From the sequence record DRR723986_14220: a DNA stretch of 35,671 bases, one strand, 5' to 3'. Below the pieces are notes generated by a model. It was given only the letters and a program-made list of their open reading frames with translations, searched no databases and was not told the origin of the DNA. Shown piece after piece: positions 1 through 9,501 of this stretch. The translations under genes and the position numbers were made by a program. Positions within the stretch are counted from its first letter, which is position 1. Every line of letters starts with the position of its first letter.

Positions 1-824
1 GTTGACGTCGCCGTCACTTCAATATCGATATAGGGGGTCGTCTCGCGGTCAATCACTGCACCACCAGCAACGGTAATAACGCCCGTATCCGGATCGATCT
101 CGAACCGGCTGTCTGTGATCGAGTAGGTGACCGTGTCTGTCGCATCCGGATCATTCGCAAAGGCGACTACGCCGACAACGGTACCTCCTGCGGCGTTTTC
201 CGTTACAAAATTGTCGGTGCTGTCGACGTCCTCAACAGGGCCGACCCCGGTGTTCCCACCATCGCCGCCTTCACCAGCACCTCCGCCTCCGCCGCTGGTT
301 CCGTCACCAACCTGGGAGCCCGATGACTGAATGCCATCGCCGCCCAGATCGAATTGAGACAACGTCGGGTCGAGTCCACGCGCTTCCGGAACGGCACCGT
401 CGCCAAGGCCGCCGTCATCGTTTGGACCACCATCGGCGGTTTCGGCCACTTCGGAACCGCCGTCCGGCAGTAGCGTGTCACCGGTTCCAGCTCCGCCCAA
501 TCCCTGACCCAGCCCCCCATGCGCACCCTGGCCGTCTCTGCCGCCGTCGCCGCCAAGTCCCTCGGCATCCTGGGTTGAAGCACCAGATCCTCGATCTTCG
601 AGGGGCACAGCCTGATAAAGGTTCGCCAAGGTTGCTTCACCGGTATCTTCCGGTTCCACGGACAGGGAATAATCATTGCCACCGGCCGGACGGTAGGGAT
701 CGCCTGCTTGAGCCTCCACGCGTGCAGGCGACGGTTCTGATCCGCCGTTGGACTTTGCTGCGTTCTCCGTTGAAGAAGAAACGCCCGGTTTGCCTGCATT
801 CGCTGAAGTATCGGTGTCGGCCAT
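1..824 (-). CDS. Large secreted cadherin-domain adhesin, N-terminal part (runs off the left edge); probable T1SS substrate
   Basis: Not in the ORF track because it has no stop in the window. Manual translation from ATG at 824 (GGAG upstream at 837-840) is open to base 1: MADTDTSANAGKPG, ~190 aa of G/D-rich sequence, then VTENAAGGTVVGVVAFANDPDATDTVTYSITDSRFEIDPDTGVITVAGGAVIDRETTPYIDIEVTATS, with cadherin Ca2+ motifs (xEN, DxD, DRE). No Sec signal peptide; divergent from T1SS genes. Confidence 0.88.
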   Translation of the reverse strand, partial: MADTDTSANAGKPGVSSSTENAAKSNGGSEPSPARVEAQAGDPYRPAGGNDYSLSVEPEDTGEATLANLYQAVPLEDRGSGASTQDAEGLGGDGGRDGQGAHGGLGQGLGGAGTGDTLLPDGGSEVAETADGGPNDDGGLGDGAVPEARGLDPTLSQFDLGGDGIQSSGSQVGDGTSGGGGGAGEGGDGGNTGVGPVEDVDSTDNFVTENAAGGTVVGVVAFANDPDATDTVTYSITDSRFEIDPDTGVITVAGGAVIDRETTPYIDIEVTATS

Positions 825-1001
825 GACTTGCACGTGCTCCGTTAAAACCTGACGTCATCACGCGCAGGGTTACCTTAATAAAAACCAACTTCAATCTTCG
901 AATTACATGTATAACTTGATGTAAATTTAGAATTTGTGGTATTTTTGGTAAACGATTTTGAAACAATTACGCGCCTTAATGTATTCAAGGAGGCGCTTAC
1001 T
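825..1001. promoter_or_regulatory. AT-rich divergent promoter region between the adhesin and the T1SS operon
   Basis: Marked AT enrichment at ~870-1000 between divergent starts; RBS AAGGAGG at 987-993; short palindromes TGACGTCA (850-857) and TACATGTA (904-911). Confidence 0.55.
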
Positions 1002-2765
1002 ATGGCATCTTTTATCACTGATACTTTTTCCAGTATCAAACTGCCGCAACTGGAGTTTTTTTCCTCCGAAACCGGAGAAAAAGTATCAACACCAAAACTC
1101 CCGCGCTCGGTGGTAACCGCTTCCATCCTGATCAATATCCTCGGCTTGGCGATGCCGCTGACCATCTTGCAGGTCTATGACCGGATTCTGCCAAACAAGT
1201 CGACCGACACGCTCGTCATCCTGATCGCAGGACTGGGTTTCGTGCTGGTGATCGATGCGGTTCTGAAAACGACACGTTCGTATCTGACGGGCTGGCTTGC
1301 AGCCTCTTTCACCCACCAGGCCAACGTCGAAGCAGCCAGACGTCTTCTGAACTCCAGAGCGGACATCAACTCTGAGGCGACAGTCACCAAACACCTGGAC
1401 TCGCTGCGCTCGCTGCAAGCAATGGGTGACCATTACGGTGGTCAGGCCCGCCTCCTGGCAATCGACCTTCCCGCCAGCCTCCTCTTTCTTGCCGTCCTGT
1501 TTCTTATCGGGGGGCCGATCGGCTTCGTGCCGCTTGTTCTCCTGGCCTTGTTTGCCCTGAGAACCGCCGCTCTAAATACAAGGATCGACAGCCTGATTGA
1601 AAAACGCGCGGAGCAGGATCAGCGCAAATACGATTTCATCTTCGAGGTCCTGTCCGGCCTCAACACCATCAAGGCCATGGCCTTCGAGCCCGTCATCCTG
1701 CGAAGGTTTGAACGCCTGCAGACGCAAAATTCTCGCCTTGGCTACGACTATATCGATCTCACCAACCGGGCACGGAATTCCTCCGGGTTCTTCACCGTCC
1801 TCACAACCGTCTGCGTGGTGTCGGCCGGGGCCCTCATGGTTATGTCCGGGTTCATCAGTGTCGGGGCGGTTGCGGCCTGCACCCTGCTGGCAGGTCAGGT
1901 CGTGCAGCCCTTGCTGCGCGGCATCAACCACTGGACGGACATGCAGCGGGTCAAACATGATTTCCGCGAAGCGCGCGCCCTGTTCGATTTGCCAAAGGAA
2001 GAGCGATCAGGAAACAAGAACCTGGTAATTGTCGGCAACATCAAGCTGCAAAATGCCAGCTTCGCCGCGCGCAGCGATGCGATCGTGCCTGTCCAGAACC
2101 TAAGCTTGACGATCAATGCCGGAGAAACGGTTGCTTTTGAGGGCAGCGACGGCAGCGGCCGAACGACGCTTGCTCGCCTGATTTCCGGTGATATCGAACC
2201 AACCTCCGGCAAGGTCATGATAGACGGACAGGATCTTTACGGTGTCGACCACCGGTATCTGTGCCGGCACATCGCCTACGTCAGCAACGACGCCCAGATG
2301 TTCGCCGGCACGATCCTGCAGAACCTGACTCTCTTCGGATCTCGCGCAAGCCCGCAAAAAGCCCGATTGGCGGCAGATCTGATTGGCCTTGAAAAGGATA
2401 TTCACCTGCTGCCGTTGGGTTACGACACTCCGCTCGGCAACGCGATTGAAGAAAATCTCACCGACAGCATGGTACAGCGCATCGCCATTGCGCGCGCGCT
2501 CGCAGGCGAACCGAAGATCCTCATCCTAAACGATGCCAACGGCGCTCTCGACCACAAGAGCGAAGCCCAGCTCGTTGAAGCGTTGAAGCGGCTCAAAGGC
2601 CAGTTGACCACGTTGATCGTCAGCCACCGCCCTTCTTTTCGCGCCATTGCCGACAAGCAGTTTCTGATGGAGCACGGCCGGGTTAGCGCCTTGCCGGACA
2701 CGCCGAACACCCCTCGATACAAATTGCGGCGGCGCGAGCCTGCCGACACCAAAAAGCAGGCTTAG
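1002..2765 (+). CDS. Type I secretion ABC transporter (HlyB/LapB-like permease-ATPase), subunit 1, with degenerate NBD motifs
   Basis: ABC membrane domain (INILGLAMPLTILQVYDRILP) and NBD (GSDGSGRTT, LPLGYDT, QRIAIARAL, VSHRP). Start set to ATG 1002 after AAGGAGG rather than the track start at 936. Confidence 0.9.
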   Translation: MASFITDTFSSIKLPQLEFFSSETGEKVSTPKLPRSVVTASILINILGLAMPLTILQVYDRILPNKSTDTLVILIAGLGFVLVIDAVLKTTRSYLTGWLAASFTHQANVEAARRLLNSRADINSEATVTKHLDSLRSLQAMGDHYGGQARLLAIDLPASLLFLAVLFLIGGPIGFVPLVLLALFALRTAALNTRIDSLIEKRAEQDQRKYDFIFEVLSGLNTIKAMAFEPVILRRFERLQTQNSRLGYDYIDLTNRARNSSGFFTVLTTVCVVSAGALMVMSGFISVGAVAACTLLAGQVVQPLLRGINHWTDMQRVKHDFREARALFDLPKEERSGNKNLVIVGNIKLQNASFAARSDAIVPVQNLSLTINAGETVAFEGSDGSGRTTLARLISGDIEPTSGKVMIDGQDLYGVDHRYLCRHIAYVSNDAQMFAGTILQNLTLFGSRASPQKARLAADLIGLEKDIHLLPLGYDTPLGNAIEENLTDSMVQRIAIARALAGEPKILILNDANGALDHKSEAQLVEALKRLKGQLTTLIVSHRPSFRAIADKQFLMEHGRVSALPDTPNTPRYKLRRREPADTKKQA

Positions 2766-2774
2766 GAGCTGAAC

Positions 2775-4961
2775 ATGTCCCTGGCGGCTTTTGAAAACGC
2801 GGATTCGATCTTTCAGAATCTGAACCCGGCAGAGAGCCGGATGAACCTGGAAACCCGTGTCCAGCAGCATTCAGGCAGTACGATCGACCGCGCGTCACCG
2901 GCAGAGGCCTGTTTGCTGCCCCTCCTGGAAGCCCTCGGATGGGATGGCATGGAACGCCATCTCTTCGAAGCCCTGCCTCACCTTGAAGGCATAAAGGGCA
3001 TCTTCGACCTTCGCGCCGTGCTGACCCGGCTGAACTTTCGGGTCACTCCGACCGGACGGTCAGCAAAGCAGCTAACCGCGGAACAGTTTCCCTGCCTGGT
3101 GAAACACGGAGACAATCTGCTGGTCGGCCTTGGGCGCACAAGCGGCGGCCGGTTTCAGGCCTACAGCGGCGAGGCTCATCGCACAGTCGCCATTGCCTTC
3201 AGCGAACTCAAGGATGCCGAGCTCTTCCTCATCGAGCCGGACGACAGCACCGAAAGCGCTGGTTTCCAGCACTGGTCTTCCCGCCTGTTCCATCAGTTCA
3301 GGGGCACGGTGCTGTCGATCATGACCGTAGGCCTGCTGTCGAACATCCTGGCGCTCGGTCTGCCGCTCTTTGTCATGAGCGTTTACGACAAGGCTATCGG
3401 CGCCAAATCCGTTTCCGTGCTGGTCACGTTGCTGATCGGCATTACGCTTGTGCTGATCATGGACTGGATGGTCAGAGGCACCAAATCGCATCTCCAGGCC
3501 TACCTGGGCGCCAGGCTCGACGCGGTGGTCGCCAATACCACCTTCCGCCATTTCCTGCATCTGCCGCTCCCCCTGATTTCGTCCGCCCCCATCGGAGCGC
3601 AAATCACCCGTCTGAAGCAGTTCGACGGCGTGCGGGACGTCTTTCACGGCAATCTCGCCAATGCGTTGATCGACCTTCCCTTCTCGGTGATTTTCGTCAT
3701 GGTTCTCGGATTCATAGGCGGGCCGCTTGCACTGCTGCCGGCTGGGCTGCTGGTGCTCTATGTCCTGTCGGCCATGCTCATCGTTCCGCGCATGAAACAG
3801 GCAATCAATCAGGCCGGCGATGCAAAATCGCGCATGCAGAACATCACCGTGGAGATCCTGTCGAAGCGAAAGGCCATCCGGGAACTGTCCGCCGACGACA
3901 TCTGGGTCGAGAAATACCGGGCAATTTCCGCGGACTTTGCGCTGAAGAACCTGAAGACGAGGCAACTGTCGCAGGTCATGCAAGTGGTCTCGCAGATGTT
4001 CATGACCCTGTGCGGCATCGGGGTCCTCGGTTTCGGAGCCGTTCTGGTCATGAACCAGGACCTGTCTCAAGGCGCGCTCATTGCCGTCATGGCCCTTTCC
4101 TGGCGTGCGCTCAGCCCGATGCATCAAGCCTTCCTCAGCGTATCGCAACTGGGCCAGGCCCAGCAGACGATCGAACGGATCAACAGCCTTCTGAAAATCG
4201 AAATGGAACGCCAGCCCGGCAGGCTGCCGAGCCTGCACCGCCAGTTCCAGGGCACGATCCGCTTTTCCAACGTCGTGCTGCGCTACCCTTCCCGCCAGGA
4301 ACCGGCCTTGCGCAATTTTTCGCTTCAGATGGAGCAGGGATCCGTAACCGCGATCACAGGCCCGAGCGGTTGCGGCAAGACCTCGCTGGTGCGGGCCGTG
4401 CTCGGGCTTTATCGCCCCCAGATGGGCGCTGTCCTTGTCGACGACCTCGACATCCGCCAGCTCGACCCGGGCGAATGGCGCAACTCCATCGGCTATGCAC
4501 CGGAACACCACGATTTCTTCTACGGCACGATTGCGCAGAACTTCCGCATGGCCAATCCGCAGGCGGACAACGATCAGGTTCGCAAGGCCTTCGAGGAATT
4601 CGGCCTCAACGCCTATGGCGAGCTTCTGTCCCAGGGTGTGGAGACCCGGTTGACCGGCCAGCTGATCGAAGTGCTGCCGGACAACGTCAAACAACGCCTG
4701 CTGCTGGCCAGGGCCTTCATGCGCCCTGCCCCGATCTATCTGCTCGATAACCCTGCCGGAAATCTGGATTTCGAAGGCGACAAGTTCCTGATGAAGAAGA
4801 TCGACCAGGTTCGCGGCAAGTCGACCGTCGTCATCACGACCTACCGCCCCAGCCACATGCGCATGGCAGACAACCTCGTCTACATGCAGAACGGCATGGT
4901 GGCGATGGCCGGAGCCCCGAAGGACATCCTTGAGGACGTGCTCAAGCAGCAATCGAAATAA
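2775..4961 (+). CDS. Type I secretion ABC transporter, subunit 2 (probable C39-like N-terminal domain), with degenerate NBD motifs
   Basis: NILALGLPLFVMSVYDKAI membrane motif; Walker A GPSGCGKTS; N-terminal extension with AEACLLPLL; RBS AGGAG just after the upstream stop. Confidence 0.9.
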   Translation: MSLAAFENADSIFQNLNPAESRMNLETRVQQHSGSTIDRASPAEACLLPLLEALGWDGMERHLFEALPHLEGIKGIFDLRAVLTRLNFRVTPTGRSAKQLTAEQFPCLVKHGDNLLVGLGRTSGGRFQAYSGEAHRTVAIAFSELKDAELFLIEPDDSTESAGFQHWSSRLFHQFRGTVLSIMTVGLLSNILALGLPLFVMSVYDKAIGAKSVSVLVTLLIGITLVLIMDWMVRGTKSHLQAYLGARLDAVVANTTFRHFLHLPLPLISSAPIGAQITRLKQFDGVRDVFHGNLANALIDLPFSVIFVMVLGFIGGPLALLPAGLLVLYVLSAMLIVPRMKQAINQAGDAKSRMQNITVEILSKRKAIRELSADDIWVEKYRAISADFALKNLKTRQLSQVMQVVSQMFMTLCGIGVLGFGAVLVMNQDLSQGALIAVMALSWRALSPMHQAFLSVSQLGQAQQTIERINSLLKIEMERQPGRLPSLHRQFQGTIRFSNVVLRYPSRQEPALRNFSLQMEQGSVTAITGPSGCGKTSLVRAVLGLYRPQMGAVLVDDLDIRQLDPGEWRNSIGYAPEHHDFFYGTIAQNFRMANPQADNDQVRKAFEEFGLNAYGELLSQGVETRLTGQLIEVLPDNVKQRLLLARAFMRPAPIYLLDNPAGNLDFEGDKFLMKKIDQVRGKSTVVITTYRPSHMRMADNLVYMQNGMVAMAGAPKDILEDVLKQQSK

Positions 4962-5012
4962 CGTTAGGGGCCGTCGCCGGCCCGCCGCAAGACAACCGCC
5001 GAGGACTTTCCA

Positions 5013-6353
5013 ATGGCAGCAAAAGACGATCCCGACACACTCCGCAAGGCGGTCTACGGCCGCGTCGGCCTTCCGCTGGAATTGGAAGACGGCGTGCCCC
5101 CAGCCTTTTATTCACGCCTCCTCATGGGACTGACCGTTGCGACCGGCTTCCTGTTGCTGTGGGCTGCCATCGGCCAGATCCGGGAAGTGGCCAACACGAT
5201 CGGGGAGATAGCGCCTGCCGGCCAGATTTTGAAAGTGGAGCACCTGGAAGGCGGCATCGTCTCGGAGATCCTTGTTGAGGAAGGCCAGCTGGTACAGGCC
5301 GGAGACCCACTCGCCCACCTGGAAAAACAGGATACGACCACGGAACTCGCCCGCATTCAAAGCCGTCTCAGCTATCTGGAACTTGAGGAACGCCGTCTGC
5401 TTGCACAGGAATACAGCGATGCCAACACCGTTGGCCTGCGCCTGGACCCGTCGGTGGATGGCCTGAGCACCCAGCAACGGGCGGCCTTGACCGCCAACCG
5501 CAAGGCGGTTGCCGACGAACAGGAAGCCTACACCGCGCGTGTCGCCCAGAGGCGTGCCGAAGTGGTCAGTCTGGAAGCACAGGTCGAACTTCAAAAATCA
5601 CAGGTCGAACTGGAAAAGGAAAAATTCCAGATCCAGGAAGGTTTGCTGAAAGACGGCTACACGTCGCGTCGCCGCTTCCTGGAGGCCAAGGGGGATTTTC
5701 AGCGGTCGCAGGTCACACTGGAACAGCTGTTCGGCAATCTCGCACAGGCCCGTGAAATGCTGACCGAAGCCCAGGCCAGCCTCAGCCAGGCCGGCGCCGA
5801 AGTGAACCGGGATGTCGCCGACGAGCGCGCCAGGATTGCCCAGGAGCGCGACGAACTGAAACAGGAAATCGCCAAACTGAAAGACCGGCAGGACCGCCTG
5901 TTCGTGAAGGCACCGGTAGCAGGTTACGTCAAGAGCCTTGGCCCGACCGGTCGTGGTGCAGTCGTCAATCCCGGCGATCTGATTGCCGAGATTGTCCCCC
6001 TGTCGGAAAACCTCGTTGCCGAGGTGAAGGTCAATCCGAAGGACGTCGGCCATATCAACATCGGCGACAGGGCCGACATCACGATCACCAGCTACGACCC
6101 GAACATCTATGGCACCGTGGCCGCGGAAGTGGAGACCATTTCCGCCTCGAGTTTCCAGGACGAATTCGGCGAATACTACTTCAAGGCAACCCTCGCCTTT
6201 CCCGGCCAGGTCATCGGCGCCGGTTCACACGAACGGCCGATCCGCCCTGGCATGCAGGTCAACGCCCAAGTGGTCACCGGATCGAAATCGATCCTCCTTT
6301 ACCTGCTGCACCCTGTAACACGTGCGGCACGAACGATCTTCACAGAGCGCTGA
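5013..6353 (+). CDS. hlyD: HlyD-family type I secretion membrane fusion (adaptor) protein
   Basis: Single N-terminal TM helix, VEHLEGGIVSEILVEEGQLVQAGDPL, long coiled coil, VKAPVAGYV, IRPGMQVNAQVVTG, C-terminal FTER. Confidence 0.92.
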   Translation: MAAKDDPDTLRKAVYGRVGLPLELEDGVPPAFYSRLLMGLTVATGFLLLWAAIGQIREVANTIGEIAPAGQILKVEHLEGGIVSEILVEEGQLVQAGDPLAHLEKQDTTTELARIQSRLSYLELEERRLLAQEYSDANTVGLRLDPSVDGLSTQQRAALTANRKAVADEQEAYTARVAQRRAEVVSLEAQVELQKSQVELEKEKFQIQEGLLKDGYTSRRRFLEAKGDFQRSQVTLEQLFGNLAQAREMLTEAQASLSQAGAEVNRDVADERARIAQERDELKQEIAKLKDRQDRLFVKAPVAGYVKSLGPTGRGAVVNPGDLIAEIVPLSENLVAEVKVNPKDVGHINIGDRADITITSYDPNIYGTVAAEVETISASSFQDEFGEYYFKATLAFPGQVIGAGSHERPIRPGMQVNAQVVTGSKSILLYLLHPVTRAARTIFTER

Positions 6354-6376
6354 AGTCGAGTTTTCCGGAAATCCTG

Positions 6377-6404
6377 AAGCCCCGGAAACACTCCGGGGCT
6401 TTTT
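6377..6404 (+). terminator. Intrinsic terminator after hlyD
   Basis: AAGCCCCGGA-AACAC-TCCGGGGCTT followed by a T-run. Confidence 0.75.
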
Positions 6405-6464
6405 CTTCTTGCAGGTACACCCAGGCTTCTTCCGAGAAAGAGTGGAGGTTGCCGCCCAGGATAC

Positions 6465-6494
6465 AAAAAACCCCGGAGCGAACTCCGGGGTTTT
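6465..6494. terminator. Bidirectional intrinsic terminator downstream of the proV-like gene
   Basis: AAAAAA-CCCCGGAG-CGAA-CTCCGGGG-TTTT; A-run and T-run on opposite sides; the loop reads UUCG on the minus strand. Confidence 0.8.
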
Positions 6495-6516
6495 GATGTT
6501 TTCACACTTCATTGGC

Positions 6517-7548
6517 TCAGTGGGTCGCCGGCGTCACCATCGCATAGATCGTGTCATGCACGTTGAGCACGCCGATCGGACGGCCATCGCTGTTGACGAT
6601 GTTTGCCTCGCCCTCGCCCGTGTCGGCAAAGGTCCGGGCCGCTTCTTCCAGCAGGATGCCGCTGGAAATCGTCGGTCCGTTTTCCAGCGTCCGGGACGTA
6701 TCCATGACCGTATCGACCAGGATCACCCGGCCACGGTTCACTTCCTTGACGAAGTCGGCAATGTAGGCGTCCGCAGGCTTCAGAACGATTTCCTGCCCGG
6801 TCCCCTGCTGCACAACTGCCCCGTCGCGCAGGATCGCGATCCTGTCGCCAAGGCGCAGCGCCTCGTCCAGATCGTGGGTGATGAAGACGATGGTCTTGTG
6901 CAGCTCTTCCTGAAGGTCGAGAAGCACGGTCTGCATGTCCATGCGGATAAGCGGATCGAGCGCCGAGAACGCCTCGTCCATCAGCAGAATGTCAGCATCG
7001 TTGGTGAGCGCGCGCGCAAGCCCCACACGCTGCTGCATGCCGCCGGACAGCTGGTTGGGATAGTGGTTCTCGAACCCTTCCAGCCCGACGCGGGCAATCC
7101 AGCGGGCTGCACGCTCTTCAGCTTCCTTGACCGGCACACCCTGGATTTCCAGACCATAGATGGCGTTCTTCATCACCGTGCGGTGTGGCAGCAGCGCGAA
7201 CTTCTGGAACACCATCGCCGTCTTGTGGCGGCGGAATTCCCGAAGCTCTGCCTGAGACATCTTGCAGACATCGTCGTTGCCATAAAGCACTTCGCCGTCG
7301 GTCGGGTCGATCAACCGGTTGATATGGCGGATCAAGGTGGATTTGCCCGAGCCGGAAAGGCCCATCACCACCTGGATCTTGCCACCCGGCATGGAGATGT
7401 TGATGTCGTTGAGGCCAAGCACATGGTTGAATTTCTCGTTCAACTCGGACTTGGATATGCCGTCCTTGACCTTCTTGACCATCTCCTTGCCGTTCGATCC
7501 GAAGATCTTGTAGAGATTCTTGATCTCGATACCTGTTGCCTCAACCAT
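6517..7548 (-). CDS. proV: Glycine betaine/proline ABC transporter ATP-binding protein
   Basis: VMGLSGSGKST, LSGGMQQRVGLARAL, LLMDEAFSALDPLIR, ITHDLDEA; C-terminal CBS-like tail. Confidence 0.9.
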   Translation of the reverse strand: MVEATGIEIKNLYKIFGSNGKEMVKKVKDGISKSELNEKFNHVLGLNDINISMPGGKIQVVMGLSGSGKSTLIRHINRLIDPTDGEVLYGNDDVCKMSQAELREFRRHKTAMVFQKFALLPHRTVMKNAIYGLEIQGVPVKEAEERAARWIARVGLEGFENHYPNQLSGGMQQRVGLARALTNDADILLMDEAFSALDPLIRMDMQTVLLDLQEELHKTIVFITHDLDEALRLGDRIAILRDGAVVQQGTGQEIVLKPADAYIADFVKEVNRGRVILVDTVMDTSRTLENGPTISSGILLEEAARTFADTGEGEANIVNSDGRPIGVLNVHDTIYAMVTPATH

Positions 7549-8425
7549 GAACCACCTCCGAGTGTTTCTGAAGGCGCTTGCCGAAAGCCTGGGTTGCGCG
7601 GTCGAAGATGATGGCGATCGCGACGATGGACAGGCCGCTGAGCATACCTGCGGTCAGGTACTGGTTGTTAATGGCAACAAGCACTTCCTGCCCAAGTCCA
7701 CGTACGCCGATCATGGAAGCAACAACAACCATGGAAAGCGACATCATGATGCACTGGTTGATCCCGGCCATGATGGTCGGCAAAGCCAACGGAAGCTGAA
7801 CGTTCATCAGCTTCTGACGGGCGCTGGATCCAAAGGCATCAGCTGCTTCAAGCACATCCGTATCGACAAGCCGGATACCCAGATTTGTCAGGCGGATCAT
7901 CGGCGGAATGGCGTAAATCACGACGGCTATCAGACCCGGGACCTTGCCGATACCGAAAATCATCACAACGGGAATGAGGTAGACGAAGCTCGGCATCGTC
8001 TGCATCAGGTCCAGGATCGGATTGACGAAACCCTGAACACGATCGGACCGCGCCATCACGATGCCGATCGGAATACCCAGAACAATTGCCAGCAAGGTGC
8101 ACACGGTAACCATGGCGACGGTGCGCATGGTGTCTTCCCAGAGCCCGAACACCCCGATGAACACCAGAGCCAGAACCGTTCCGACCGTAACACTGATCTT
8201 GCGGCTCAATAAGTAAACCGCCAGCGCGAAAACCGTGAGAATGATCGGCCAGGGCGAGTTGATCAGAAGGTTTTCGAGGAAGACCAGAAAATCTTGCAAG
8301 GGGTTGAAAAAGTTGTCGATATAGTCGCCGTAGGTTCTGGTGAAACCTCTGAACGAACCGTCGATTGTCTTCTTGATCGCCAGCAGGTCTGTTCGACCCA
8401 GCGATGGAAATTCTATCCAATCCAT
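7541..8425 (-). CDS. proW: Glycine betaine/proline ABC transporter permease
   Basis: PILDLMQTMPSFVYLIP, EAA loop (LEAADAFG), PTIMAGINQ; stop overlaps the proV start. Confidence 0.9.
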   Translation of the reverse strand: MDWIEFPSLGRTDLLAIKKTIDGSFRGFTRTYGDYIDNFFNPLQDFLVFLENLLINSPWPIILTVFALAVYLLSRKISVTVGTVLALVFIGVFGLWEDTMRTVAMVTVCTLLAIVLGIPIGIVMARSDRVQGFVNPILDLMQTMPSFVYLIPVVMIFGIGKVPGLIAVVIYAIPPMIRLTNLGIRLVDTDVLEAADAFGSSARQKLMNVQLPLALPTIMAGINQCIMMSLSMVVVASMIGVRGLGQEVLVAINNQYLTAGMLSGLSIVAIAIIFDRATQAFGKRLQKHSEVVHG

Positions 8426-8465
8426 CTTTGTTGTCCCGATGGTTTAGTTTTTGCCCCAAATGGTT

Positions 8466-8490
8466 GGGGCCGCACCATTGGAGCGGCCCC
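8466..8490 (-). other. Intercistronic stem-loop between the substrate-binding and permease genes
   Basis: GGGGCCGC-N9-GCGGCCCC; typical position for an mRNA-stabilising or attenuating hairpin after SBP genes. Confidence 0.55.
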
Positions 8491-8508
8491 TGTTGTTTCT
8501 TTTGCCTG

Positions 8509-9501
8509 TCAGAGCGCGGCTTTCACTTTTTCAGCGACTTCCGGGCTGACCCACTGGGTCCAGACATCTTCGAAATTTTCGAGGAAATAGTATGCGCCAT
8601 CTTCGTTGGCAGCCTGGTTGTCGGTCATCCAGGCAAGAACCTTGCCGGCCGTCCGGTTATCCCAGGTGCGGCCCTTGATGTAATCCATGGCCGGACCTGC
8701 CTTGTTGGCGAAGTCGTCGGTGACAACGGTAAAGACTTCAGACTTCACCCAGGAGTTCGGCTTCGGCTCCGGACAGTCTTCGATCACGGTGCAGGTGTCC
8801 CACTCTTCCTTGTCATGCGGGACTTCGAAGTCGAGCAGGGTCATGTCGTACTTGCCGAGGATCGCGGTCGGTGCCCAATAGTAACCGAGCCAGCCTTCCT
8901 TGCGCTCGTTGGCTTTCGCCAACGCACCGTCAAGGCCCGCAGCGGAACCCGGATCGACCAGTTCGAAACCGCCCTTGTCGAAGCCGAAGGCGCGGAACAG
9001 GTTTCCGGTTGTGATGCGGCAGTTCCAGCCTGCCGGGCAGGTGAAGAAGGCACCCTTGCTTTCGTCTTCCGCGCCGGGGAACAGTTCCGGATGTGCTAAG
9101 GCATCCTTGACGGTGTAGATGTCATGCTCTTCGGCGATATAGGTCGGGACCCAGAAGCCTTCGACGCCGCCTTCGTTCAGGATTTCACCGCCGATGATCA
9201 GCGAACCTTCGGCAACTGCCTTGTCGAGAGGTTCGCGCACGGCGTTGATCCACAACTCCGGAGCCATGTCCGGTTCGCCTTTTTCATTCATGGAGGTGAA
9301 TGTCGGCATGGTATCGCCACTCACCAGTTCAACGGTACAGCCGTAGCCGTTTTCCAGAATGATCTTGTCGATCTGCGAGATAGCGCCTGCCGACGCCCAG
9401 TTCATTTCCGCAACGGTGACCGTGCCGCACTCTTCTGCCATGGCGGACGAGGCCATGCCGATAAGAGCGGTCGCGGCGACCGAGACAAACAACTTCTTCA
9501 T
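8509..9501 (-). CDS. proX: Glycine betaine/proline-type ABC transporter substrate-binding protein
   Basis: Signal peptide MKKLFVSVAATALIGMASSAMA; AEMNWASA, CPAGWNC, GYYWAPT motifs of the OpuAC/ProX family. Start set to ATG 9501 with AGGAG RBS. Exact ligand not determinable. Confidence 0.85.
   Translation of the reverse strand: MKKLFVSVAATALIGMASSAMAEECGTVTVAEMNWASAGAISQIDKIILENGYGCTVELVSGDTMPTFTSMNEKGEPDMAPELWINAVREPLDKAVAEGSLIIGGEILNEGGVEGFWVPTYIAEEHDIYTVKDALAHPELFPGAEDESKGAFFTCPAGWNCRITTGNLFRAFGFDKGGFELVDPGSAAGLDGALAKANERKEGWLGYYWAPTAILGKYDMTLLDFEVPHDKEEWDTCTVIEDCPEPKPNSWVKSEVFTVVTDDFANKAGPAMDYIKGRTWDNRTAGKVLAWMTDNQAANEDGAYYFLENFEDVWTQWVSPEVAEKVKAAL

Noticed and set aside
203..826. Track ORFs 203..799 (-) and 323..826 (+)
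   Set aside because: Alternative-frame shadows of the cadherin gene; no recognisable motifs.
3072..4952. 626-aa minus-strand ORF
   Set aside because: Antisense shadow of the T1SS ABC gene, expected from high-GC codon bias.
6322..7611. 429-aa plus-strand ORF
   Set aside because: Antisense to proV and runs through two terminators.
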